Below, in pieces: positions 15,260-24,871 of a stretch of 32,000 bases of DNA; the first letter of the stretch is position 1; each line of letters opens with the position of its first letter. The stretch is taken from NCBI RefSeq assembly GCF_000341395.1, contig NC_020304.1, forward strand, positions 3,030,001-3,062,000, written 5' to 3'. The notes beneath the pieces are model-generated. The model saw only the letters and a program-made list of their open reading frames with translations, made no database searches and had not been told where the DNA came from. The DNA comes from Desulfocapsa sulfexigens DSM 10523 (GTDB lineage Bacteria; Desulfobacterota; Desulfobulbia; Desulfobulbales; Desulfocapsaceae). A program made the translations under genes and the position numbers.

Positions 15260-15841
15260 TCATTCTACGTTTAGGGCGATATTTGTTCCAAATGTTTTGC
15301 ATGCGGTCAATTCGTCCGGGTTGTTTTTCAAGGCGTCCCTTCCTTCCATATTTTTAAGCAGGAGAGATGGACCATATTGTATATCCAGGGTGTCACACAG
15401 GCATTTGGTGGTAAGAACAGATCCTTCAAAAAGTTTTTCACCAGCGGTTGCAGCGCAGGAAAGGAGGTGACCGGTACGCTGCTCTTCTGAACGATAATTG
15501 ACCCCAAGGAGATATTTGCGGGACCACCTTGCCTGGCAGCGATCAATATACAACTTTATTTGGGCACTCATTGCATAAAAATAGACAGGGCTGACAAAAA
15601 AAAGACGGTCTGCCAAGTCGCTTTTGTCGTACAACTCCGTCATGTCATCTTGTATGATGCAGTTTCCTGTCTTTGAGCATCCTCCGCAGGCCTGACAGGG
15701 GCTGATTTTGAGTTTGCTTAAATGGACAAATTCAACGCTGTTGTTTTTTGCTTGGAGCAACCCTTCGGCAACAGCTCTGGCCAGTGTTTCCGTATTGCCG
15801 TTTTTTCGTGGACTTCCGAGAATGAAAAGATTGTGTGTCAC
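15260..15841 (-). CDS. Flavodoxin-fold NAD(P)H-dependent FMN reductase / iron-sulfur flavoprotein-like protein
   Basis: 193 aa with LFILGSPRKNGNTE (FMN-binding P-loop-like motif), a Cys cluster CQACGGCSKTGNC and SPVYFYAMSAQ. It has a GTG start overlapping the malQ stop (GTGA). Confidence 0.75.
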   Translation of the reverse strand: MTHNLFILGSPRKNGNTETLARAVAEGLLQAKNNSVEFVHLSKLKISPCQACGGCSKTGNCIIQDDMTELYDKSDLADRLFFVSPVYFYAMSAQIKLYIDRCQARWSRKYLLGVNYRSEEQRTGHLLSCAATAGEKLFEGSVLTTKCLCDTLDIQYGPSLLLKNMEGRDALKNNPDELTACKTFGTNIALNVE

Positions 15842-17409
15842 TGTTTTTCAGCCCCCTCTGTGTGGTTGGTGATTGACGGTTGAGCAGGGCGTCGTCCGAA
15901 GAGTTCACACTGTCTGCTGAGCCAGTTGGAGATGTCCTGGGTTAAAAAACGAGGAGCACAGCGCCAGGCCCAGTTGCCCTCTTTACTCCCGGGGCTGTTC
16001 ATCTTGCAGTCATTGCCAAAACCGAGAACATCCTGAAGAGGAAAAATGGCGTAGCGACTGATTGATGAAAGTGCAAGATAGATCAAATCTCTATGTATGT
16101 CGGAGTCATTATTCGTCCTGTTGTTGCAAAATGCCCGAAGTTCGCTTCGTCCGGATTCGCTTAAGTGATTGCTCAGGAACCAGCCAACGGTGGTGTCGTT
16201 ATCATGTGTTCCTGTGTAAATAACGCTGTTTGGGGTGTCGAAGTTAAAGGGGAGGAAACTGTTCTCCTTGTTGCCATCAAAGGCAAACTGAAGAATTTTC
16301 ATTCCGGGAAAATCAAGAGCATCACGCAGAGCAAGAACCTCAGGGGTGATCTCTCCGAGATCCTCAGCAATGATATTCAGAGGTCCAAGGTTTTTATAGA
16401 TTTCTTCAAAAAAATGAATACCTGGTCCTTTTATCCATTCGCCATTCATTGCAGTTTTGTGGCTGGCTGGAATGGACCAGTAGGCTTCAAATCCACGAAA
16501 ATGATCAACCCGGGCAACGTCCACCATCTGGAAAAGAGAACGGAAGCGTTCCGTCCACCAGGAGTATAGCTGATTTTTAACCACTTTATCGGTGCTATTC
16601 CAACGATAAAGTGGGTTGCCCCAGCGCTGACCGGTTTTTGAAAAATAATCAGGAGGGACGCCTGCAACCTCTGTTGGGTGCAGAGTCTCTGGGTCGAGGG
16701 AAAATATAGCCTGATTAGCCCAGACATCAACGCTATCCCAACCAACATAGATCGGGATATCGCCAATGAGCTGAATGTTCATGCTATTTGCAAGTTTTCG
16801 AAGTTCTTGCCACTGTTTAAAAAAAACAAATTGTTCAAAAGCAAAATAATCCATACGTGCAGAATACTTGTCAGTCACTTCCTCCATGGCGGCTTTGTCG
16901 CGATGGGCAAGTTTGCTGGGCCAGTCAAACCACCCTTTCTGGTGGAAGACCTCCTTTAGAGTCATAAACAGACAGTAGTCTTTCAGCCATACTGTGGATT
17001 GTTTGAATTTTGTAAAAGCGGAATTGTTGGTTGTGCGGTCAAAATTATTGAAGGCGAGCTGAAGGCAGTTGTTTTTGAAGAGTGCTACTTCTTTATAAAC
17101 AGTTTGGTATTCGGAAAATTGTGGAACGTTTATCTCATGGTCTTGGAGAAGACCGTCTGCAACAAGCAAATCAAGAGAAATAAGCAACGGAGATCCGGCA
17201 AAGGCGGAGGTGCTCATGTAAGGGGAGTTGTCGAATATCGGATTTGTCGGGCCTGTTGGCAGAAATTGCCATAGCGTCTGACCAGCGTCTTTTAGGAAGC
17301 TTATAAAATTATAAGAAGATATGCCAATGTCGCCAATTCCATGGGGTGAAGGAAGAGAAGAAATATGGGCGAGAATTCCACTTGCGCGTCTGTATTGAGT
17401 TGTTGGCAT
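15838..17409 (-). CDS. malQ: 4-alpha-glucanotransferase (amylomaltase, GH77)
   Basis: 523 aa with GILAHISSLPSPHGIGDIG, LIGDIPIYV, PPDYFSKTGQRWGNPLY, VDHFRGFEAYWSIP, IIAEDLG and YTGTHDNDT, all hallmark GH77 boxes. Confidence 0.9.
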   Translation of the reverse strand: MPTTQYRRASGILAHISSLPSPHGIGDIGISSYNFISFLKDAGQTLWQFLPTGPTNPIFDNSPYMSTSAFAGSPLLISLDLLVADGLLQDHEINVPQFSEYQTVYKEVALFKNNCLQLAFNNFDRTTNNSAFTKFKQSTVWLKDYCLFMTLKEVFHQKGWFDWPSKLAHRDKAAMEEVTDKYSARMDYFAFEQFVFFKQWQELRKLANSMNIQLIGDIPIYVGWDSVDVWANQAIFSLDPETLHPTEVAGVPPDYFSKTGQRWGNPLYRWNSTDKVVKNQLYSWWTERFRSLFQMVDVARVDHFRGFEAYWSIPASHKTAMNGEWIKGPGIHFFEEIYKNLGPLNIIAEDLGEITPEVLALRDALDFPGMKILQFAFDGNKENSFLPFNFDTPNSVIYTGTHDNDTTVGWFLSNHLSESGRSELRAFCNNRTNNDSDIHRDLIYLALSSISRYAIFPLQDVLGFGNDCKMNSPGSKEGNWAWRCAPRFLTQDISNWLSRQCELFGRRPAQPSITNHTEGAEKQ

Positions 17410-17742
17410 AAGAGTATAAAATAGTGTTCTATCCGTTAGAGGGAAAATTGTGATACTGTAGCACCTGATACCATTCTTGGCAAATAATGTCGCAGATGTG
17501 GAACGCTTTTATGGAGTTTTTAAAGGCTGAAAGGGATATTTGATTGCCTTTTATGGGTAAGTGTTATATTGTATACTGTTCAGAAAGGGATCTGTGGGGC
17601 AGCAATTTGGCTGCCATTTTTTATTTCAAATATAAACATATCCTTTTTTTGTATCGACAATAAACTATTGTGTTAAAACAAGAATTATATTTTTTAGCAC
17701 TTTCAAGTATATTTTATAGTTAGGTAAAGGAGTAACCTCCCA

Positions 17743-19077
17743 TTGCAGGCCGAACTTAAAGAAAATCTCCTCAAGGCAGGAAAAGAAGAGGGGTGTATCA
17801 GCTTTACTGAGTTGAACAAACTCCTCCCTGAAGAAATCAAAGATCCTGCAGCCATTGAGAAAGTATTCAATTTTCTTGGTGCTCATAGTATTGAAATTGT
17901 GACCCAGGATGGTAAGGATGGTGAAAAAAGGACTCTATCCGGTGAGGTCTGGAGCATTCCAGATGGATCCGATGATAGCGACTTCGAAGATGATCCAGCC
18001 ACATCCTCCCCGGAAGATGATGCCCATGACGGAGAAGAAACCACCACAACCTATTTGCGGGAAATGGGGCGTTTTGATCTTCTGACTCCTGATGAAGAGG
18101 CCAAATATTCAAGAACCATCAGGCAGGGGTTTGAGTCAATAATAGAAGCAATTCGAATTGACCAGTCCGGTGTTAAGGATCTTGAACTTCTTCGTACCCG
18201 GATAGCTCTGTGGGAAAAAAGAGATCCCACCCTCAAGCCAAAAAAACAGCAACTCAACTTCATGCGCTACAGTGTTGTCAGTGCTGCCAAAAAACACTCT
18301 GATTGCCGTGAATTGATTGAGTTGCAAACCAGACTTGAAGCCTATTCCCGTTCTATTGAAATTGCCAAGGATTGTATGATTCGTGCGAATCTTCGTCTGG
18401 TGGTTTCAATTGCAAAACGGTATATGCATCAGGGCCTTACTCTTGCTGATCTTATTCAAGAAGGAAATCTTGGGCTCATGCGAGCTGTTTTCCGTTTTGA
18501 TTATACTAAGGGAAACAAATTCTCCACATACGCATCCTGGTGGATTCGTCAGGCCATTACCCGGGCTATTCTTGATAAAACCAGAACTATCCGCCTCCCT
18601 GTTCATTTCCTTGAGCTGAGAAGTCAGTTTTTCAAAGCCTTTTATGCTCTCTATAAAGAGCTGGGTAGAGAACCGACACCGCTGGAAATATCCAAGAATA
18701 CAGACCTTCCAATGGATAAAATCCTCGCCATTCTTGAGGCCTCAAGAGAACCAATTTCTCTCGAAACCCCTGTCGGTGACGATGATTCCACCCTTGGGGA
18801 TTTTCTTGAAAACCAGGAATCTCAATCCCCCTATGAGGCCGTTCAAAACCGTGAACTTTCAGGACGGGTGGAGGAAATACTCTCTACTTTAAGTGAGCGT
18901 GAAGAAAAAATCATCCGTCTGCGTTTTGGTATCGGTGAAAAGGCCGAATACACACTCGAAGAGATCGGCAAACGGTTCAATGTCTCTCGTGAGCGGATTC
19001 GACAGATTGAAAAGAAGGCATTAAATCGCCTGAGACATTCGAGTCGTCGTGATAAATTAAAATTCTTTTTGGATTAA
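17743..19077 (+). CDS. rpoD: RNA polymerase sigma-70 family factor, RpoD-like (group 1/2)
   Basis: Region 2 is [62 protein letters not shown]. Region 3 is also present, and region 4 is [31 protein letters not shown] start follows AAGGAG by about 10 nt. At 444 aa it is shorter than many housekeeping RpoD proteins, so the group 1 versus group 2 assignment is uncertain. Confidence 0.8.
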   Translation: MQAELKENLLKAGKEEGCISFTELNKLLPEEIKDPAAIEKVFNFLGAHSIEIVTQDGKDGEKRTLSGEVWSIPDGSDDSDFEDDPATSSPEDDAHDGEETTTTYLREMGRFDLLTPDEEAKYSRTIRQGFESIIEAIRIDQSGVKDLELLRTRIALWEKRDPTLKPKKQQLNFMRYSVVSAAKKHSDCRELIELQTRLEAYSRSIEIAKDCMIRANLRLVVSIAKRYMHQGLTLADLIQEGNLGLMRAVFRFDYTKGNKFSTYASWWIRQAITRAILDKTRTIRLPVHFLELRSQFFKAFYALYKELGREPTPLEISKNTDLPMDKILAILEASREPISLETPVGDDDSTLGDFLENQESQSPYEAVQNRELSGRVEEILSTLSEREEKIIRLRFGIGEKAEYTLEEIGKRFNVSRERIRQIEKKALNRLRHSSRRDKLKFFLD

Positions 19078-19103
19078 TTACAAACACTCTATGTAGGAAA
19101 CTG

Positions 19104-19128
19104 GCCGGGAAATATCCCGGCTTTTTTT
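19104..19128 (+). terminator. Rho-independent terminator after the sigma-factor gene
   Basis: GCCGGG-AAATAT-CCCGGC is followed by a run of seven T (19122-19128). Confidence 0.6.
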
Positions 19129-20232
19129 ATGACCATGAAAAAATTTATTGAAAGTGCCGGGTTTGGTGACATACTCGAAAAAGTTGAGGCTGGTGAGCGA
19201 TTATCCTGTGACGATGGTATCCGCCTGTATAACTCCAATGATATTCTGGCCCTTGGCTATATGGCTAATATGGTGCGGAATAGACTGAATGGAGATAATA
19301 CCTATTTTATTTATAATCAGCATATTAACTATTCCAATATTTGTACCAACCTCTGTAAGTTCTGCGCTTTTGGAAAAGAAAAGGGTCATGAAAAGGCATA
19401 TGAGATGGACCTTGAGACGGTCAAACAGAAGGTCCGTGACCGGCTCGATGAACCAATCACCGAAATTCATATGGTTGGCGGAATTCATCCTGATCTGCCA
19501 TTTTCCTATTATACCGATTTACTCCGCGGAATTAAGGAAGTTCGTCCCGATGTTCACATACAGGCCTTTACCTGTGTGGAGATTGCCCATCTTGCCGGTC
19601 TTGCTGATAAGCCCGTTGGTGAAACCCTTGAAATACTCAAGGAAGCTGGTCTTGGTTCTATTCCAGGTGGAGGTGCTGAGGTATTTGCGCCACGGATACG
19701 TGAACTGACCTGCGAGAAGAAACTTCCTGGCAAAGATTGGATAGAGGTTGCAAAGACAGCCCATCGTCACGGCCTGCACACCAATGCCACCATGTTGTAC
19801 GGTCATATTGAAACAATGGCGGAACGCATAGAGCATCTCGATGCATTGCGCCTGGCGCAGGATGAAACAAAGGGTTTTCTTGCGTTTATTCCCCTGGCTT
19901 TCCATCCCAAAAATACCGAAATGTCTAATATCTCCAGAACGACCGGTATGGATGATCTGAAAAATATCGCTGTATCCAGGCTTATGCTCGACAACTTTCC
20001 CCATATCAAAGCCTACTGGGTTATGATTGGCCCCAAAGTGGCCCAAATTGCCCTCTCTTTCGGAGCTGATGATATGGATGGTACTGTGAAAGAGGAAGTT
20101 ATCACTCACATGGCAGGCGCAGAGACTGAACAGGCCATAGGTTCCACCACACTTGTTAAGTTGATCAAGGAAGCCGGGCGGATTGCCATTGAACGGGATA
20201 CCCTGTATGAGACTATTCAGGTACACGAATAA
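19129..20232 (+). CDS. mqnE: Radical-SAM menaquinone (futalosine-pathway) enzyme, probably aminofutalosine synthase MqnE
   Basis: 367 aa with the CxxxCxxC cluster CTNLCKFCAF preceded by NQHINYSNI, and an N-terminal EKVEAGERLS. It is a paralogue of the next ORF and sits in an mqn cluster. The MqnE versus MqnC assignment rests on my recollection of family signatures. The start could be ATG 19129 or 19135. Confidence 0.6.
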   Translation: MTMKKFIESAGFGDILEKVEAGERLSCDDGIRLYNSNDILALGYMANMVRNRLNGDNTYFIYNQHINYSNICTNLCKFCAFGKEKGHEKAYEMDLETVKQKVRDRLDEPITEIHMVGGIHPDLPFSYYTDLLRGIKEVRPDVHIQAFTCVEIAHLAGLADKPVGETLEILKEAGLGSIPGGGAEVFAPRIRELTCEKKLPGKDWIEVAKTAHRHGLHTNATMLYGHIETMAERIEHLDALRLAQDETKGFLAFIPLAFHPKNTEMSNISRTTGMDDLKNIAVSRLMLDNFPHIKAYWVMIGPKVAQIALSFGADDMDGTVKEEVITHMAGAETEQAIGSTTLVKLIKEAGRIAIERDTLYETIQVHE

Positions 20233-20244
20233 TAACTTCAGGTG

Positions 20245-21327
20245 ATGTCCATGCAGGAAAGTATTTTTAATGATATAAGTGACAGAGTTTTATCTGGTGG
20301 TCGACTGAGTGATGAGGAATTTATTGAGCTTAACGATCATGGTGATCTCTACCAGCTAGGGTTCCTTGCCAATGCAATCAGGGAAAAACTCCATCCAGAA
20401 AAAAATGTTACATACGTTATAGATCGAAATATCAACTACACCGACATCTGTGTGTCTGCGTGTAAGTTCTGCGCCTTTTTTAAAGCTCCTGAAGACAAAG
20501 ACGGTTATGTGCTCACCAAAGAAGAGCTGGCCCTCAAAATCAAAGAGACCCAGGATCTTGGTGGCACTCAAATACTTCTTCAAGGTGGGCTCCACCCTGA
20601 TCTTCAGCTGGAATACTACGAGGATATGCTCCGTTTTATGAAGGAGACGGGTATCCATGTCCATGGTTTTTCTCCTCCCGAAATACATCATTTTGCAAAG
20701 GTTTCAAAACTTCCCATCTCCACGGTGATTTCCCGTCTGATTAATGCAGGGCTCGACTCCATTCCCGGTGGTGGTGCAGAGATTCTCTCCGACAGAGTAC
20801 GTAGTTTTACCGCCCCCCTGAAGGGTACAGCTGATGACTGGATTGAGGTTATGGAAGAGGCTCATAAGCAGGGGCTTCGTACAACTGCCACCATGATGTT
20901 TGGTCATGTTGAAACTGTTCATGAACGTCTGGAACATCTACGTCGTCTCCGTGAATTGCAGGATCGCACCAAAGGGTTCACCGCATTTATTCCCTGGCCA
21001 TTTCAGCCAGACCACACAGCACTCGTTGAACAGGCGCCCATTGAGAAGACAACTGGCTATGGCTATTTACGAATGTTGGCACTTTCTCGCATTTATCTCG
21101 ACAACTTCGAGAATGTTCAGGCCTCATGGGTTACCCAGGGACCGAAGATAGCTCAACTTTCTCTCTACTTTGGGGCTAATGATTTTGGCTCCACCATGAT
21201 TGAGGAAAACGTTGTTGCTGCGGCTGGTATCAGTTTTCGACTTTCTGAAGATGAAATAAGACGATTGGTCGTCGATGCTGGATTTACTCCCAGACAACGT
21301 TTGATGGATTACAGCCTCGTTGGTTGA
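20245..21327 (+). CDS. mqnC: Radical-SAM menaquinone (futalosine-pathway) enzyme, probably cyclic dehypoxanthinyl-futalosine synthase MqnC
   Basis: The cluster motif is CVSACKFCAF preceded by VTYVIDRNINYTDIC. It has GGTQILLQGGLHPD and shares its fold with the preceding ORF. Possible starts are GTG 20242, ATG 20245 and ATG 20251. Confidence 0.6.
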   Translation: MSMQESIFNDISDRVLSGGRLSDEEFIELNDHGDLYQLGFLANAIREKLHPEKNVTYVIDRNINYTDICVSACKFCAFFKAPEDKDGYVLTKEELALKIKETQDLGGTQILLQGGLHPDLQLEYYEDMLRFMKETGIHVHGFSPPEIHHFAKVSKLPISTVISRLINAGLDSIPGGGAEILSDRVRSFTAPLKGTADDWIEVMEEAHKQGLRTTATMMFGHVETVHERLEHLRRLRELQDRTKGFTAFIPWPFQPDHTALVEQAPIEKTTGYGYLRMLALSRIYLDNFENVQASWVTQGPKIAQLSLYFGANDFGSTMIEENVVAAAGISFRLSEDEIRRLVVDAGFTPRQRLMDYSLVG

Positions 21328-21336
21328 GCACTTACT

Positions 21337-22584
21337 GTGTCTCCTTCCAGATCTCATTCAGCACTTAGACTCTACAGGGCACCGTGGATAGTGCCAGTCA
21401 GTTCTGCCGTTATTCCTGATGGTGCTGTTGTAGTAGATCACAGCTCAATTGTAGCGGTCGGTTCTTTTGAGGAGATCTTCTCGCAGTTTCCAGATGTTCC
21501 GGTTACCGAGTGCTCAGGTGTTCTTCTTCCAGCCCTGGTAAATGCCCACATTCATCTCGATCTTTCTGTCTTTGGTCCGGTGCCTCAGGAATCTTCTGAA
21601 AGTACCATGTGCGATTGGATATCGTCTCTTCTTGCAAAGCGACTTAGTTCAAACTGCTCTGATGATGAGATACGGGATGCAGCTGAAAAAGCCGCTCGTG
21701 ATCAGTATGCATCCGGCGTCGGTCTGATGCTTGATATCAGCAATAGGTATCTTGGTACATTTGATTCCTGTCCTGCTGAAATAGTATCACTTCTTGAAAT
21801 GCTTGGTCCTTCGCAGGCAGCCCAACGAGATGCAATCACCACCATCTCTGAACTCCCCAGTGAGAGAATGGTAACGGGACATGCTCCCTACTCAACAACT
21901 CCAGATCTCCTGAGTTATATTAAAAAGCGCTGTACCGCCCAGAATGCTGTGTTTTCCCTGCATCTTGCCGAAAATCGTGACGAATCTCTTTTGCTTATCC
22001 ATGGGACAGGGTGCTTTGCTCAATTCTTAAAAGATCGAGGAGCTGTCAGTGATACTTTCCCGATCCCAGGAATTGACACCAGCGGTGTGGTGGGGTACTT
22101 ACAGAAACGTGGAATCCTTGACAGGAAAACCCTATGTGTCCACTGTGTTCATATGAGCAGTGAAGAAATGAAAATTCTGGCAGAGTCACAGGCCCATGTG
22201 TGTCTCTGTCCCTGCAGCAATAGATTTCTATCAGTTGGTACTGCACCGCTTGAGAAGTTTCTGGATTTCGGAATGCTCCCGGCACTGGGAACCGATTCCG
22301 TAACATCCAATCCTCAGCTTGACATGTGGGAGGAGATGGCCCTTTTGAGAAAGAATCATCCCACTGTAGCAGCTGAAACCATACTCTCCATGGCAACATT
22401 AGGGGGGGCTGTCGCCATGCATCGTGACAACAGGTATGGCAGCATTGAAAAAGGACGAACATCGGATATCCTTCATGTCCACGGAGAGCAATATGAAAAG
22501 GCTGCATATCCTCAGCAGCTTATTGAGCTGTTAACCTCAGGAGGCCGTCCAGAGAGAATGGATTGGCTGACTTTTTCAGAATAA
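21337..22584 (+). CDS. Amidohydrolase-superfamily deaminase, candidate aminodeoxyfutalosine deaminase
   Basis: 415 aa with a GTG start. It has the metal-binding HxH in LVNAHIHLDLS, a later HLAEN and a C-terminal ALGTDS Asp motif. It is embedded between mqnC and mqnA. The functional assignment is inferred from context. Confidence 0.6.
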   Translation: MSPSRSHSALRLYRAPWIVPVSSAVIPDGAVVVDHSSIVAVGSFEEIFSQFPDVPVTECSGVLLPALVNAHIHLDLSVFGPVPQESSESTMCDWISSLLAKRLSSNCSDDEIRDAAEKAARDQYASGVGLMLDISNRYLGTFDSCPAEIVSLLEMLGPSQAAQRDAITTISELPSERMVTGHAPYSTTPDLLSYIKKRCTAQNAVFSLHLAENRDESLLLIHGTGCFAQFLKDRGAVSDTFPIPGIDTSGVVGYLQKRGILDRKTLCVHCVHMSSEEMKILAESQAHVCLCPCSNRFLSVGTAPLEKFLDFGMLPALGTDSVTSNPQLDMWEEMALLRKNHPTVAAETILSMATLGGAVAMHRDNRYGSIEKGRTSDILHVHGEQYEKAAYPQQLIELLTSGGRPERMDWLTFSE

Positions 22585-22616
22585 TCTGTCTGCAGAATCT
22601 TGAAGGGAATAGAGCT

Positions 22617-23447
22617 ATGAGTGGAGCCCGTATTGGAATGGTGAATTTTATTAACACCGCTCCAATCTATGAAATCTGGAAAACCCGAAATCATCCTGCA
22701 GACTGGAAGGTTGTCGAGGCCCCGCCCTCCACCCTGAACAGAATGCTTGCTGCAGGAGAGCTTGATCTCGGGTTTGTCTCATCCTATGAATATGGAGTTC
22801 GTCCTGAGCAGTATCGTCTCCTGTCAGACCTCTCCATCAGTGCCAACGGTTCCGTGGGATCGGTCTTTTTGTTCTCGCGTGTTCAGCCCAAATTACTTGG
22901 AGACCACACGGTTCTGCTCAGTGGTCAGTCTGAAACATCCATCAGTTTGGTGAAGATCATTCTTGAAGAGTTTTTTCATGTTCACCCGGCCTACGAAGTT
23001 GGTGATGTCAATGGCAGGGAGGCCACACAGGCTGGTGGAATTCTGGCCATAGGAGATGAGGCATTGCGCTTGTCCGCAAGTGAGGAGTTTCCCTATAAGC
23101 TTGATCTTGCAGAAGTCTGGTGTCAATATACGAATCTGCCCTTTGTATTTGCTGTTTGTGCTGCTCGTGAGGAGTTTTGTCAGAAATCTCCAGAAATTGT
23201 CGCTGCAATCCATCGGGAATTCTTAGTTTGCAGAGGTGAGGGGAGAGTACATCTGGAGTCCATTTGTGAGAGCGTTGCTCCTCGCATACCCATGCATCCA
23301 GACGAGTGTTACGTCTATCTTCGAGCCATAGAGTATGATCTTGGGAAGAGTAAACAGGTGGCCCTTGAAAAATTTTTCACCTATCTGATTAACAGGAAAG
23401 AAGCTTCACCTCTTTCTGTCCCTCTCAATATTTTCGATAATGAGTGA
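22617..23447 (+). CDS. mqnA: Chorismate dehydratase MqnA (PF02621-type periplasmic-binding-like fold)
   Basis: MSGARIGMVNFINTAPIYEIW... is the typical MqnA N-terminus. I chose ATG 22617 (GAAGGGA upstream) rather than the track start 22563, which overlaps the previous gene. Confidence 0.7.
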   Translation: MSGARIGMVNFINTAPIYEIWKTRNHPADWKVVEAPPSTLNRMLAAGELDLGFVSSYEYGVRPEQYRLLSDLSISANGSVGSVFLFSRVQPKLLGDHTVLLSGQSETSISLVKIILEEFFHVHPAYEVGDVNGREATQAGGILAIGDEALRLSASEEFPYKLDLAEVWCQYTNLPFVFAVCAAREEFCQKSPEIVAAIHREFLVCRGEGRVHLESICESVAPRIPMHPDECYVYLRAIEYDLGKSKQVALEKFFTYLINRKEASPLSVPLNIFDNE

Positions 23448-23453
23448 CCTGAA

Positions 23454-24014
23454 ATGAAAAAAATTCTAGTGGCGGTGACCGGTGCTTCAGCCATGCTCTA
23501 CCTCCAGTCATTCCTCGAAATACTTCAGGATGAAGATGCTATTGTCCACGGAATCTGTTCCGAGTCCGGTGAACAGGTACTTGAACTTGAGCATGGAATA
23601 ACTCCAGGTAAGCTACCGGCGGTAAGTAAATGGTTTGATTGCAGAGATTTTGCGGCCGCACCGGCTTCCGGGTCAGCTGGATATGATGCCATGGTGATTA
23701 TTCCCTGCTCCATGGGGACACTTGCTGCAATTGCATCGGGAATAACCACTAATCTCGTGCATCGGGCAGCCGATGTAATGCTTAAGGAAAAGAAAAAACT
23801 TGTCCTTGTGACCAGGGAAACTCCTTTAAACAGAACACATTTACAGAATATGCTGACAGTTCATGATGCCGGTGCCGTGATATGTCCGCCCCATCCAGGG
23901 TTTTACCTGAAACCTGAAACCCTGGAAGAAGCGGCCCTGACGTTCTCATGGCGGCTTGGAGATCAGCTTGGTCTTCATATGAAAAACAGAAAGCGTTGGG
24001 GAGAAGAGGGTTGA
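23454..24014 (+). CDS. ubiX: UbiX-family flavin prenyltransferase (late futalosine-pathway partner)
   Basis: 186 aa with KILVAVTGASAMLY, VIIPCSMGTLAAIASG and LVLVTRETPL, which are typical of UbiX/Pad1. Confidence 0.85.
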   Translation: MKKILVAVTGASAMLYLQSFLEILQDEDAIVHGICSESGEQVLELEHGITPGKLPAVSKWFDCRDFAAAPASGSAGYDAMVIIPCSMGTLAAIASGITTNLVHRAADVMLKEKKKLVLVTRETPLNRTHLQNMLTVHDAGAVICPPHPGFYLKPETLEEAALTFSWRLGDQLGLHMKNRKRWGEEG

Positions 24015-24871
24015 TGTTTCAGAAAATTACTGTTCTTCTTGAGATGATCAAATTTAAATTGACCATTTTTGCAATGCCTTTTGCATTTATGGGGGCGTTC
24101 CTGGCCGAACGCGGTGTTCCCGACGCGCTTACGTTTTTATGGGTGGTGCTTGCCATGGTAGGTGCCAGGACCTGTGCAATGGGATTTAATCGTATTGTTG
24201 ATGCCAGATTTGATAGCGCCAATCCACGTACTGCTGATCGGGCAATTCCATCCGGTGCTGTCAGCAGTGTTGAGGCGTGGATTATGGTGATTGCAGCAGG
24301 AGCTCTTTTCTTTTTTGCAGCATGGTCACTCAATCCCCTGACGCTGAAGCTTGCACCCGTTGCTCTCGGTCTCACTCTTTTCTATTCGTTGACCAAAAGA
24401 TTTACTTCCTTCTGTCATCTGATTTTAGGTGTTGCCCTTGCCTTTTCTCCACTTGGTGGCTGGGTGGCGGTGCAGGGAAGCTTAATCAGTTACCCATGGG
24501 CGCTTTCCCTGGGAGTCCTTTTCTGGATTGCTGGTTTTGATACCATTTATGCCTGTCTTGATGCCGATTTTGATAAAAAAGCAGGTCTCCATTCCCTACC
24601 TTCACAACTCGGCCAGACAAATGCCTTCCGTCTCGCTGTCCTGTTCCATATTATAGCTTTTTGTCTTTTTGCCTTCGCCGGAGTGCAGGCAGGTTTGAAT
24701 CTTGTCTATTATATTGGAGTATTGATAGCCGCTGGGGTGATTTTCTATCAGCATAAGCTGGTGAATCCAAATGATCTCTCGAAGATAAAAGGCTCTTTTT
24801 TCTCCCTGAATGGTATCATCAGCATGGTTCTTTTCGCCGCTACATGGCTCTCTTTGATCATTGAAGGATGA
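24014..24871 (+). CDS. UbiA-family aromatic prenyltransferase (MqnP-like)
   Basis: The start MFQKITVLL overlaps the ubiX stop as TGATG. Asp-rich motifs are NRIVDARFD and YACLDADFDKKAG, and the protein has multiple TM helices. Confidence 0.8.
   Translation: MFQKITVLLEMIKFKLTIFAMPFAFMGAFLAERGVPDALTFLWVVLAMVGARTCAMGFNRIVDARFDSANPRTADRAIPSGAVSSVEAWIMVIAAGALFFFAAWSLNPLTLKLAPVALGLTLFYSLTKRFTSFCHLILGVALAFSPLGGWVAVQGSLISYPWALSLGVLFWIAGFDTIYACLDADFDKKAGLHSLPSQLGQTNAFRLAVLFHIIAFCLFAFAGVQAGLNLVYYIGVLIAAGVIFYQHKLVNPNDLSKIKGSFFSLNGIISMVLFAATWLSLIIEG

Noticed and set aside
19519-20226. 235-aa minus-strand ORF, plus similar antisense ORFs such as 22046-22507, 16165-16569, 30173-30547 and 30715-31170
   Set aside because: All are fully embedded antisense in strongly supported genes (mqnE, the amidohydrolase, malQ, acnA) and have no recognisable motifs. 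They are typical shadow ORFs.
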